Part shown: positions 1 through 7,182 of the stretch, piece after piece
Numbering within the stretch: the stretch's first letter is position 1
How the letters are laid out: every line of letters starts with the position of its first letter
Assembly: GCA_029974275.1 (NCBI GenBank)
Contig: JARKSN010000281.1
Span: 1-16,065 of the forward strand
Source of the DNA: Candidatus Hydrogenedentota bacterium
GTDB taxonomy: Bacteria > Hydrogenedentota > Hydrogenedentia > Hydrogenedentales > SLHB01
DNA length: 16,065 bases
Direction of reading: 5' to 3'
Made by a program: the position numbers and the translations under genes
The notes under the pieces: generated by a model
Seen by the model: only the letters and a program-made list of their open reading frames with translations
Database searches by the model: none
What the model was told of the DNA's origin: nothing

Positions 1-662
1 GGGGGGGCAAGGCGTTCGTTGAAGATTTGGGTTCGATCGAAATCTTCCCAGACGGTGTAGCTGGCGTGCTCCACTTCCTCGAAGTAATCGGCGGTGAGGA
101 AGCCATGCTTTTTCTTGGCCGTCTCGATGATGCGGTCGATCTCGATCTGGCGTTCGGGCTTGAGGGAAAGCGTCAATTGCGCGTCTTTGTATTCGAAAAC
201 GCCTTGGAGGGGCGCGCCGGGATGCGCGATTTGCGTGATGAGTCCCTGTGCATAGGTGCTGCCCAGGGCTACTTGGATGCCGTCGGAGGCGCAGGCTTTT
301 GTTTTGTCGTTTCCGGTTTCAACGGAGACCCGCACGGCGCGCATTGGCGCCTTGAGGAGTTCTCGGGCGCGGGTTCCCATTTTGGCGCCGATGATGGTGT
401 AGATGCCGATGTGCTGGTGGATTTCATGCGTTAGCACAATGGCTGTCCATTCTGCTAATCCGTGCCGCTGCGCGACGCCCTTGCGCCATAACGCGGCGAC
501 GTCTTCCTGATATGCGTCGGGACTGGAAGGAAGGGTTTTCAGGGCAAGCATGGGGCGCTCGCCGGGAGGAGTAGCGTTGGCGTCGGCCTCGTCGGCCCAT
601 GCGGCCAGCGGCGTCCACAGGAAGCCGCTTAAAAGCGCGACGGTCATGATGCGTTTTTTCAT
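1..662 (-). CDS. Secreted FmdE-like (formylmethanofuran dehydrogenase subunit E family) metal-binding protein, 3'-partial
   Basis: Not in the ORF track because it has no stop before the window edge. Manual translation from ATG 662: MKKRIMTVALLSGFLWTPLAAWA-DEADANATPPGERPMLALKTLPSSPDAYQEDVAALWRKGVAQRHGLAEWTAIVLTHEIHQHIGIYTIIGAKMGTRARELLKAPMRAVRVSVETGNDKTKACASDGIQVALGSTYAQGLI...WEDFDRTQIFNERLAP. FmdE hallmarks HxH...G..MG and C..DG.Q...G.T...G. Sec-type signal peptide ending AWA. GGGAGAG RBS upstream. Confidence 0.85.
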   Translation of the reverse strand, partial: MKKRIMTVALLSGFLWTPLAAWADEADANATPPGERPMLALKTLPSSPDAYQEDVAALWRKGVAQRHGLAEWTAIVLTHEIHQHIGIYTIIGAKMGTRARELLKAPMRAVRVSVETGNDKTKACASDGIQVALGSTYAQGLITQIAHPGAPLQGVFEYKDAQLTLSLKPERQIEIDRIIETAKKKHGFLTADYFEEVEHASYTVWEDFDRTQIFNERLAP

Positions 663-677
663 TTTTCGCTCTCCCAA

Positions 678-1625
678 TTAATAGAGCCCGAAATGGCTTG
701 ATTCCAGCAGCATGCGCGTGTTGTTGACATAGGGGAATACGACTGGATAACGCAGGTAGGCCACGTGGCCGTCCATGTATAGCGTGTTGCCGCCGCCGGG
801 AACGTGATTAAAGGCCAAGCCTCCCGCGGTCGATCCCGATGTGCTTGGATTTCCAAAGGTGTCCCACATGACCGGGATCATGCTTTGCGCGTGAGCGCCT
901 TGCGCTGGATTGTTGATGTCGGTAATCAGGAAGCGTTCCACGCCTTCGCGAAGCCGCAAGACCTGCGCGCCGTCCGCTGTGCCCTTGGCTTCGTTTTTGG
1001 GTGTGAAAGATGGCCATGCCGATGTGTCGAAGGGCATGTCGCGGGTAAAATCCTTCACTTTCACCGGAGCGGATATTCCTAGGATGGCTGTCGTGTTCTG
1101 CGCGGGCGTCACCACCGTCTGTCCCCACACGCCGAAGTATTCGGGAATGGAAGTGGTCACGAATCCTTTGTAGAGGTAAGAGCGCCCCAGATGCCCGCAC
1201 AGGTAGTAGTCCAAGGAAATGGCGTCGCTGGCGTCGCTGGCGTCTTGTTCCCATTGATCAAAATCGCCGGTGTCCGGAAGCCGTCCGGCCACGTATATGC
1301 CCGGCCCGTCCATTCCGCTGTCCGAAGGGCACTGTGCGACGTTGAGGTCGCCCAGATAATCCGGGTATATGGCGGCGGCGTGGGGCGCGCTGAAGATGGT
1401 TGCGCCGTTCGCATTGGCATACGGGGCCAAGGGGGGGAAGGCGTCTCGGTTTTCGCCGCTGTAGACCTTGAACATGATCCCGAATTGCTTAAGGTTGTTC
1501 TGGCAACTGGATCGGCGCGCCGCTTCCCGGGCCCGGCCGAGCGCAGGAAGTAAAAGGGCCGCCAGAATCCCGATAATCGCAATGACAACCAGCAGTTCAA
1601 TCAGCGTGAATCCTTTTCGAAACAT
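678..1625 (-). CDS. DUF1559 family prepilin-type N-terminal cleavage/methylation protein (H-X9-DG-type C-terminal motif)
   Basis: [44 protein letters not shown]-terminus, central CPSD motif, C-terminal [17 protein letters not shown]. Start moved to ATG 1625 (AAGGA about 8 nt upstream); ATG 1634 is an alternative. Confidence 0.93.
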   Translation of the reverse strand: MFRKGFTLIELLVVIAIIGILAALLLPALGRAREAARRSSCQNNLKQFGIMFKVYSGENRDAFPPLAPYANANGATIFSAPHAAAIYPDYLGDLNVAQCPSDSGMDGPGIYVAGRLPDTGDFDQWEQDASDASDAISLDYYLCGHLGRSYLYKGFVTTSIPEYFGVWGQTVVTPAQNTTAILGISAPVKVKDFTRDMPFDTSAWPSFTPKNEAKGTADGAQVLRLREGVERFLITDINNPAQGAHAQSMIPVMWDTFGNPSTSGSTAGGLAFNHVPGGGNTLYMDGHVAYLRYPVVFPYVNNTRMLLESSHFGLY

Positions 1626-1653
1626 GGAAATCATCCTTCTGGGTTTCGGGCCC

Positions 1654-1682
1654 GGTATTACCAAACGTAAATTAGTAATATC
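1654..1682. promoter_or_regulatory. Palindromic operator candidate GGTATTAC-N13-GTAATATC (NikR-like geometry)
   Basis: Perfect arms TATTAC (1656-1661) and GTAATA (1675-1680) around a 13-nt AT-rich spacer in otherwise GC-rich DNA. One arm coincides with the predicted -10 of the DUF1559 promoter. The regulator assignment is inference. Confidence 0.6.
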
Positions 1683-1704
1683 ACGACGCGGCGCCGCATG
1701 TCAA
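1675..1704 (-). promoter_or_regulatory. Sigma70-type promoter for the DUF1559-FmdE unit
   Basis: Minus strand: TTGACA (1704-1699), 18-nt spacer ending in TGn, then TATTAC (1680-1675). Confidence 0.55.
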
Positions 1705-1743
1705 CTAATGGCGTGGCTGCATTTCGGGGCCACGCCGTTGGGG

Positions 1744-1772
1744 TTGAGCGCTGCCGATGGGAGAGGCATAAT
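1744..1772 (+). promoter_or_regulatory. Sigma70-type promoter for the epimerase gene
   Basis: TTGAGC (1744-1749), 17-nt spacer, CATAAT (1767-1772), 36 nt before ATG 1809. Confidence 0.5.
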
Positions 1773-1808
1773 GCGGCGTGCAAACCGGGAACCGTTTGGG
1801 GGGTGAAG

Positions 1809-2786
1809 ATGCATCATTATTTGGTAACGGGTGGGGCGGGGTTTATCGGTTCGAATCTTGTTGCATATTTGACGGAACGGGGCGAGGCGGTCCGGGTGTT
1901 GGACAATTTTTCGACCGGCCGCCGCGAGAATCTCGCCGGGTTGGAGGGGAAGGTGGACATAGTCGAGGGGGATATATGTGTCCCGGACGACTGTGCACGC
2001 GCCGTGGCGGATGTGGATATCGTGCTGCATCAGGCGGCGTTGCCGTCGGTGCCCCGCTCGGTGGTTGATCCGTTGCGGACCCATGCGGCCAATGCCACGG
2101 GCACGCTCCAGTTGTTGATGGCGGCGCGCGCGGCGCGCGTCAAGCGGTTTGTGTATGCAGGGTCGAGCAGCGCCTACGGCAACCAGTCCGTGGCGTTCAA
2201 GTGTGAAGATCAGCGTCCGCGTCCGCTGTCGCCGTATGCGGCGTCAAAGCTTGCGGGCGAGCACTATGTGGCCGCGTTTGCCGAGTGCTACGGCATGGAG
2301 ACGGTTTCCTTGCGGTATTTCAACGTGTTTGGGCCGCGCCAGGATCCGGACTCGCCGTATAGCGCGGTGGTGCCGTTGTTCATTGTTGCCGCTTTGGAAG
2401 GGCGCCGGCCGACGATCCACGGAGATGGAGGGCAGTCGCGCGATTTTACGTATGTCGAGAACAATGTTTGGGCCAATGTTCTGGCCGCGACGGGCCGTTT
2501 CGACGCGCGCGGTCAAGTGATCAACGTCGCTTGTGGCGTATCGTACAATTTGCGCGATTTGGTCGAGGGGATTGGCGCGGCGCTGGGAAGGCGGATCGAT
2601 CCCGTGATGGCTCCGGCGCGCATCGGAGAAGTGCGTGATTCGCGCGCCGATATCTCCTGCGCCCGAGAAACGCTGGGCTACGAGGTGCGGGTGCCATTTC
2701 AGGAAGGGCTGCGACGCACGATCGAATGGTACGCCCGGCGGCATGGCGAGGGCGCGGGGCGCGAGTCCGTCGTCGTCCCGCTTTAG
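1809..2786 (+). CDS. NAD-dependent NDP-sugar epimerase/dehydratase, extended SDR (WbpP/UDP-GlcNAc 4-epimerase-like)
   Basis: YLVTGGAGFIGS Rossmann motif, HQAALPSVPRS, SSSAYG, catalytic YAASK, LRYFNVFGPRQDP, GDGGQSRDFTYV. Start moved to ATG 1809 (GGGGGTG RBS). Confidence 0.93.
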   Translation: MHHYLVTGGAGFIGSNLVAYLTERGEAVRVLDNFSTGRRENLAGLEGKVDIVEGDICVPDDCARAVADVDIVLHQAALPSVPRSVVDPLRTHAANATGTLQLLMAARAARVKRFVYAGSSSAYGNQSVAFKCEDQRPRPLSPYAASKLAGEHYVAAFAECYGMETVSLRYFNVFGPRQDPDSPYSAVVPLFIVAALEGRRPTIHGDGGQSRDFTYVENNVWANVLAATGRFDARGQVINVACGVSYNLRDLVEGIGAALGRRIDPVMAPARIGEVRDSRADISCARETLGYEVRVPFQEGLRRTIEWYARRHGEGAGRESVVVPL

Positions 2787-3772
2787 AGGGCCAGCAAAGT
2801 CGCGGCGAGCGGCGACACGATCAGCAGTCCTATGAGAAGAATCAGCGTGGGTTCGAGCAACGCCAGGGAGATGACGATCGTATGGGTCGCCTCGTTGCGG
2901 AGAAGCTTGGCGAAATGTATGAGGATATCGCCGGTTTCGCCTGCGGTTTCTCCGACAGCCAACATCGCCAGTGCGGTTCCGGAAAACAGCCCGCTGCGCG
3001 CCCCGGCCTCGGCCAGTCCACATCCCTGTTGCATAAAGGCGGCAGCCCTCTTGGCGCGGTCCTGCGTGACCGGATTTCCCGTGATTTCCGCTGCGGCGAG
3101 AACGCTTTTGGGCGCGTCCATGCCGGCGTTCATCAACAGGCCCATGGTGTGCAACTGCCGGGACATGGCCAGTTTGCGGCGTGTTGTCCCGTAGGGGAAC
3201 CAGCGGAGTTGCGTAGCCGCCTCGGCAAGACGCGCCACTGCGCCAATCCGCAGCAACGACCGTCCCCCCAGGAAGACGGCCAGCGGAAACACAAGGCTGG
3301 AGATGATGCCCGAGGCGAAACGCACGGTGAACCGCAGCAAGTCTTCGCCCGAAAATCCCGTCAATACAAGCCCTTTCACGTAGGGGATCAGGATAAAGGC
3401 GGCGAAACACACCGCTGCGGGATACGTGACGGCTTTGACGAGAAGATGGATCCACGCGAGTTTCTCATGGGCCTCTTTGGATAGCATCCGGATCGTTTCC
3501 AGGAGCGTTCCCGAGCTCTCCGCGCACGTGATCGCCGGCCCATAGTGGCGGGGGAAGCGTTTGCTCTCCGCGCGGATCATGTCGCCGAGCGTGTGGCCGC
3601 GTTGCAGTCCGTCCGCGATGAACTCGCACATCTCGCGGATAGGCTGGCGCGCCCGGCGCGCGATGACGCGAAAGCAGCGGACAAGCGGAATCCCCGCTTC
3701 GTACGCGATCTGCAACTCGTGCAGCAGCACGCAAAGCTGTTTTGTGGACAGGCGTTTCTGCAAAGGCAACAT
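2783..3772 (-). CDS. Type II secretion system F family / type IV pilus platform protein (GspF/PilC-like)
   Basis: Two T2SSF repeats (LHELQIAYEAGIPLV...GLQRGHTL...AESSGTL...TYP and RQLHTMGLLMNAGM...QQGCGLAEA...MLAVGETAGETG...LLEP) separated by hydrophobic helices. Start ATG 3772 with GAGGG RBS. Its stop overlaps the epimerase stop. Confidence 0.9.
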   Translation of the reverse strand: MLPLQKRLSTKQLCVLLHELQIAYEAGIPLVRCFRVIARRARQPIREMCEFIADGLQRGHTLGDMIRAESKRFPRHYGPAITCAESSGTLLETIRMLSKEAHEKLAWIHLLVKAVTYPAAVCFAAFILIPYVKGLVLTGFSGEDLLRFTVRFASGIISSLVFPLAVFLGGRSLLRIGAVARLAEAATQLRWFPYGTTRRKLAMSRQLHTMGLLMNAGMDAPKSVLAAAEITGNPVTQDRAKRAAAFMQQGCGLAEAGARSGLFSGTALAMLAVGETAGETGDILIHFAKLLRNEATHTIVISLALLEPTLILLIGLLIVSPLAATLLAL

Positions 3773-3864
3773 GTTTTTCCCCTCAGTGTATGGTAGCAAT
3801 ACCAGGCTTTCGGATACACTACCTCCTCGGTATGAACGCGAAACCCGAAAGGAACTGACGTCCC

Positions 3865-4383
3865 GTGCTGGAACCGCATTACGCGAATGTGCCGTTGGAC
3901 CAACTGCCTTGCTTGCCTCGGAATCCGGTGCACGTCGTGCTCGACAATTTGCGGAGCGCGTACAATGTCGGATCGATTTTTCGCACGTCCGACGCGGGCG
4001 CGGTGGAGCGCATTCATTTGTGCGGCATGTCGGCTCATCCGCCGCACAAGAAAATATCGAAGACTGCGCTGGGGGCGCAGGATTACGTGCCGTGGACGTA
4101 CTATGAGCGATCCTCGAGCGCCGTCGACGCGATCAAGGCGCAGGGCGTTTGCGTCGTGGCGGTTGAAGTCGTCGAGCACGCCGTGCCGCATGTTCATTTT
4201 GACTGGCCGAGGCCCGTGGCGATCGTGTTCGGCAATGAGGTGAATGGGGTGGGCGAAGCCGTGCTGAAGCGGTGCGATGCGGCGGTGCGCATTCCGATGA
4301 AGGGATTCAAGAATTCCATCAATGTCGCGACTGCCTTTGGCGTGGTGCTGTATGATATCTTGCGCCGGTGGGAGGCGATTTAG
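3865..4383 (+). CDS. SpoU/TrmH family RNA 2'-O-methyltransferase (SPOUT)
   Basis: VVLDNLRSAYNVGSIFRTSDA, KTALGA, AIVFGNEVNGV and IPMKGFKNSINVATA motifs. GTG start with AAAGGA upstream and an in-frame stop at 3856. Confidence 0.92.
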   Translation: MLEPHYANVPLDQLPCLPRNPVHVVLDNLRSAYNVGSIFRTSDAGAVERIHLCGMSAHPPHKKISKTALGAQDYVPWTYYERSSSAVDAIKAQGVCVVAVEVVEHAVPHVHFDWPRPVAIVFGNEVNGVGEAVLKRCDAAVRIPMKGFKNSINVATAFGVVLYDILRRWEAI

Positions 4384-4414
4384 GGCAACGGGATTGAGTG
4401 GAGGAGGAAGCCTG

Positions 4415-5992
4415 ATGCGACAGCGGGTTTATGTGTTTGCGGGAGCCATGATGGGCGTGTTGGCGTGCGCGTTCGCCGGCGCCGAGCCGGATGGGGGGTT
4501 GGGCGCGCTTACGCGGCAGCAGAGCTACGAGAGCAAGCGGGTCAGCAGTGTCAATCCGGATTTCAACAAGAACAACGACGCCCGTTCCATCGAGCCTGGA
4601 GCGACGTTGGTGTTGGGAGAGCTTGAAGGGCCCGGCGTGATTACGCATATCTGGTGCACCGTTGGCGCGAAGGATCCATTTTACGGGCGTTCGCTGGTTT
4701 TGCGCTTCTACTGGGACGGTGCGGAGAAGCCGAGCGTCGAGGCTCCGCTGGGCGATTTTTTTGCGGCGGGACACGGCATGTTCGCGGACGTCACGTCTGC
4801 GCCGGTCGTGGTGACCGCCGCCGGGCGATCGCGAAATTGCTTTTGGCGGATGCCGTTCCACAAGGCCGCAAAGGTGACCGTCACCAATGACTCGTCCACG
4901 CACAAGGTCGATTCGTTTTATTACTGTATAGATTGGCAGCGGCATGAATCGTTGCCCGAGGACGCCGCGTATTTTCATGCCCAATACCGGCAGGCCACGC
5001 CCGCGACGCCCGGCGATTACACGTTGCTCGAGACCCAGGGGCGCGGCCATTACGTGGGCACGGTCTATTCCGTGCAGCAGATGGAAATCGGGTGGTTTGG
5101 CGAAGGAGACGATCGCTTTTACATCGACGGCGAGGAGAAGCCGTCCTTGCAGGGAACCGGCACGGAAGACTATTTTTGCGACGCTTGGGGATTCCGTCAA
5201 TTCTGTACGCCGTATTACGGCGTGCCCATGTGGGAAGGATATTTCGCGGGCGATCGCGTGACGGCGTATCGATGGCACATTCAGGACCCAATCACGTTTC
5301 GAAAATCGTTGCGGGTCGATATCGAGCATAAGGGAAGCATCTTTACGCCGTTTGCGCAATTCCTCGGGCAGTTCATCGAGCGGAGCGATTGGATCAGTTC
5401 GGTCGCGTTTTGGTATCAGACGCCCGTTGCGTTTTCTCCGGGGATTCCGCCGCTTGCGGAGCGCCTGCCGCCGTATGCGATTCTGGCGCCGTCAAAACTG
5501 ACGGTGCGGGCCGTCCCGGATTCCGGCATCGAGAAGGGCGCGTCGGGCGTGGGATATCTTCCCATGAAGGCCGAAGCGCAGATCGAGTTCGATTTCGAGA
5601 CGCCGACGGACGGGACGTATCAAATCAATGCGCTGATGGGCTATGCGCTTATCGGCGGGGTGTATCAAGCGTTTCTCGATGGCAAGGCGCTTGGGGCGCC
5701 TATGGACTTTTTTGTGTCGGGGGAGGAGACGCGCTGGATCAATTTTGATTTGCATCGCCTGCATCCAGGCGTCCATACGCTGCGTTTCGTTTGCTGCGGC
5801 CTTTCCCCCAATGCGCGCACGCTGGCTCCCGAGGTATATGCTCTCGGCATAGACTGTCTTGCCTTGCTTCGCCTCGAAGACATGAAGGGGTACAACGAAG
5901 CGATGAATCAGGAGATACAGCGACAAACCGCGGCGCCGGCGGATTCTGCCACGGAAAATGGCGCGGCCCAAGCCGCATCTTCGACGGAGTGA
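4415..5992 (+). CDS. Secreted GH172 (DUF2961) glycoside hydrolase with extra C-terminal beta-sandwich/CBM-like domain
   Basis: GGAGGAGG RBS before ATG 4415. Signal peptide MRQRVYVFAGAMMGVLACAFAGA. GPGVITHIW, YWDG..KPSVEAPLGDFF, WFGEGD, GTGTEDYF, YRWHIQDPI and SSVAFWYQ motifs, then about 150 aa of extra domain. Confidence 0.92.
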   Translation: MRQRVYVFAGAMMGVLACAFAGAEPDGGLGALTRQQSYESKRVSSVNPDFNKNNDARSIEPGATLVLGELEGPGVITHIWCTVGAKDPFYGRSLVLRFYWDGAEKPSVEAPLGDFFAAGHGMFADVTSAPVVVTAAGRSRNCFWRMPFHKAAKVTVTNDSSTHKVDSFYYCIDWQRHESLPEDAAYFHAQYRQATPATPGDYTLLETQGRGHYVGTVYSVQQMEIGWFGEGDDRFYIDGEEKPSLQGTGTEDYFCDAWGFRQFCTPYYGVPMWEGYFAGDRVTAYRWHIQDPITFRKSLRVDIEHKGSIFTPFAQFLGQFIERSDWISSVAFWYQTPVAFSPGIPPLAERLPPYAILAPSKLTVRAVPDSGIEKGASGVGYLPMKAEAQIEFDFETPTDGTYQINALMGYALIGGVYQAFLDGKALGAPMDFFVSGEETRWINFDLHRLHPGVHTLRFVCCGLSPNARTLAPEVYALGIDCLALLRLEDMKGYNEAMNQEIQRQTAAPADSATENGAAQAASSTE

Positions 5993-6089
5993 AAATGCGC
6001 AAGTCATTTTGTTTTTGATCCCAACGCTCATGGCGCGCCCGGCGTGAAGGGACGCCATGCATGGGAAACGCAACATAGGAGATGGTGGC

Positions 6090-7157
6090 ATGTTTGACGG
6101 TCTGTACATGAACTTGGGCAATCTCTCGCGTCTGTCCAACGCGAAGAGCCGTTCGATCTCCCCCGAGAATTTTAACGGCGAGAAGGGCAAGGGCGGGATG
6201 TCGACGGATGGACCCGCGTGGAATTGCGCGCGCGACCTCGGCCAAGGCTGGAAAGTCTCGCCGTTTGTGAAAATCGCCGCAGGACAAACGTTCGAGCTTG
6301 CGAACGTCGACGGTCCCGGCGCGATCCAGCAAATCTGGATGACTCCGACGGGCAACTGGCGCTACAGCATCATCCGCATGTATTGGGACGGCGAAAAGAC
6401 CCCGAGCGTCGAGTGCCCCATCGGCGATTTCTTCGGCATGGGTTGGGGCGAGTATGCGCCGCTCAATTCGTTGGCAATCTGCGTCAACCCCGGTAGCGCC
6501 TTCAACTGCTACTGGACGATGCCTTTCCGCAAGCACTGCCGCATCACCTTCGAGAACATCGCGGACGACGAGATGGTGCTGTACTACCAGATCAACTACA
6601 CGCTTACCGAAGTCCCCGAAGACGCCGCGTATTTCCATGCGCAATGGCGTCGCACCAATCCGTTGCCGTACAAAGAAGTCTACACCATCGCCGACGGCAT
6701 CAAGGGCAAGGGCCATTTCGTCGGCGCCTACATGGCGTGGCAAGTCAACAACACCGGCTGGTGGGGCGAAGGCGAGATCAAGTTCTACATGGACGGTGAC
6801 CAGTGGCCCACCATCTGCGGCACCGGCACGGAGGACTACTTCTGCGGCTCGTACAACTTCGACCGCGGCGGCAAGTACACCGAATTTTCCACGCCGTACG
6901 CCGGATTGCACCAAGTGATCCGGCCCGACGGCACGTACCGCAGCCAACAGCGCTTCGGTCTGTACCGCTGGCACATCATGGACCCCGTCCGCTTTGAACA
7001 AGACCTCAAGGTCACCATCCAAGCCCTCGGCTGGCGCAGTGGCGGTCGCTACCTGCCCAACCAAGACGACATCGCCTCCGTCGCCTACTGGTACCAAAGC
7101 GAACCCCACGGCAAATTCCCGGTGTTGCCGGAACGCGATTATCTGGAAGTGATTTAG
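6090..7157 (+). CDS. Cytoplasmic GH172 (DUF2961) glycoside hydrolase (alpha-D-arabinofuranosidase/alpha-D-fructofuranosidase-like)
   Basis: AGGAG RBS before ATG 6090. SRSISPENFNGEKGKGG, LGQGWKVSP, GPGAIQQIWMT, WWGEGE, GTGTEDYF, YRWHIMDP and ASVAYWYQ motifs. No signal peptide. Confidence 0.94.
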   Translation: MFDGLYMNLGNLSRLSNAKSRSISPENFNGEKGKGGMSTDGPAWNCARDLGQGWKVSPFVKIAAGQTFELANVDGPGAIQQIWMTPTGNWRYSIIRMYWDGEKTPSVECPIGDFFGMGWGEYAPLNSLAICVNPGSAFNCYWTMPFRKHCRITFENIADDEMVLYYQINYTLTEVPEDAAYFHAQWRRTNPLPYKEVYTIADGIKGKGHFVGAYMAWQVNNTGWWGEGEIKFYMDGDQWPTICGTGTEDYFCGSYNFDRGGKYTEFSTPYAGLHQVIRPDGTYRSQQRFGLYRWHIMDPVRFEQDLKVTIQALGWRSGGRYLPNQDDIASVAYWYQSEPHGKFPVLPERDYLEVI

Positions 7158-7182
7158 AGCAGAAAAACGCTATACTCACCCG

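Noticed and set aside
27..434. 135-aa plus-strand ORF, and the 424-618 and 659-856 minus-strand ORFs
   Set aside because: Antisense or alternative-frame shadows of the FmdE-like and DUF1559 genes, which have motifs and RBS support.
1221..1244. 9-nt tandem repeat GGCGTCGCT
   Set aside because: Under three copies, in frame, encoding DASDASDA. Not a CRISPR or contingency repeat.
1698..1808. N-terminal extension of the epimerase in the ORF track; likewise the extended starts at 4322, 6057, 9970 and 13038
   Set aside because: They overlap promoters or neighbouring genes, or lie upstream of the RBS. Downstream starts have an RBS or ATGA coupling and match family N-termini.
2244..3484. Long overlapping ORFs 2244-3455 (-) and 2726-3484 (+)
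   Set aside because: Arg/Gly/Pro-rich with no motifs, overlapping well-supported genes. Typical high-GC shadow ORFs.
3832..3870. Mini-ORF MNAKPERN and a GAAACCCGAAAGG string reminiscent of a c-di-GMP-I riboswitch
   Set aside because: The mini-ORF has no RBS. The stem is only 2-3 bp and the GACGCAAAG/P3 elements are missing.
4955..6645. Near-identical stretch of about 30 nt (GACGCCGCGTATTTyCATGC) at about 4961 and 6621
   Set aside because: Explained by the conserved PEDAAYFHAQ motif in the two GH172 paralogs, not a DNA repeat element.
5739..7109. 456-aa antisense ORF, and similar ones at 4319-5359, 8132-8899 and 13068-14588
   Set aside because: Antisense mirrors of codon-biased real genes, with no recognisable domains.
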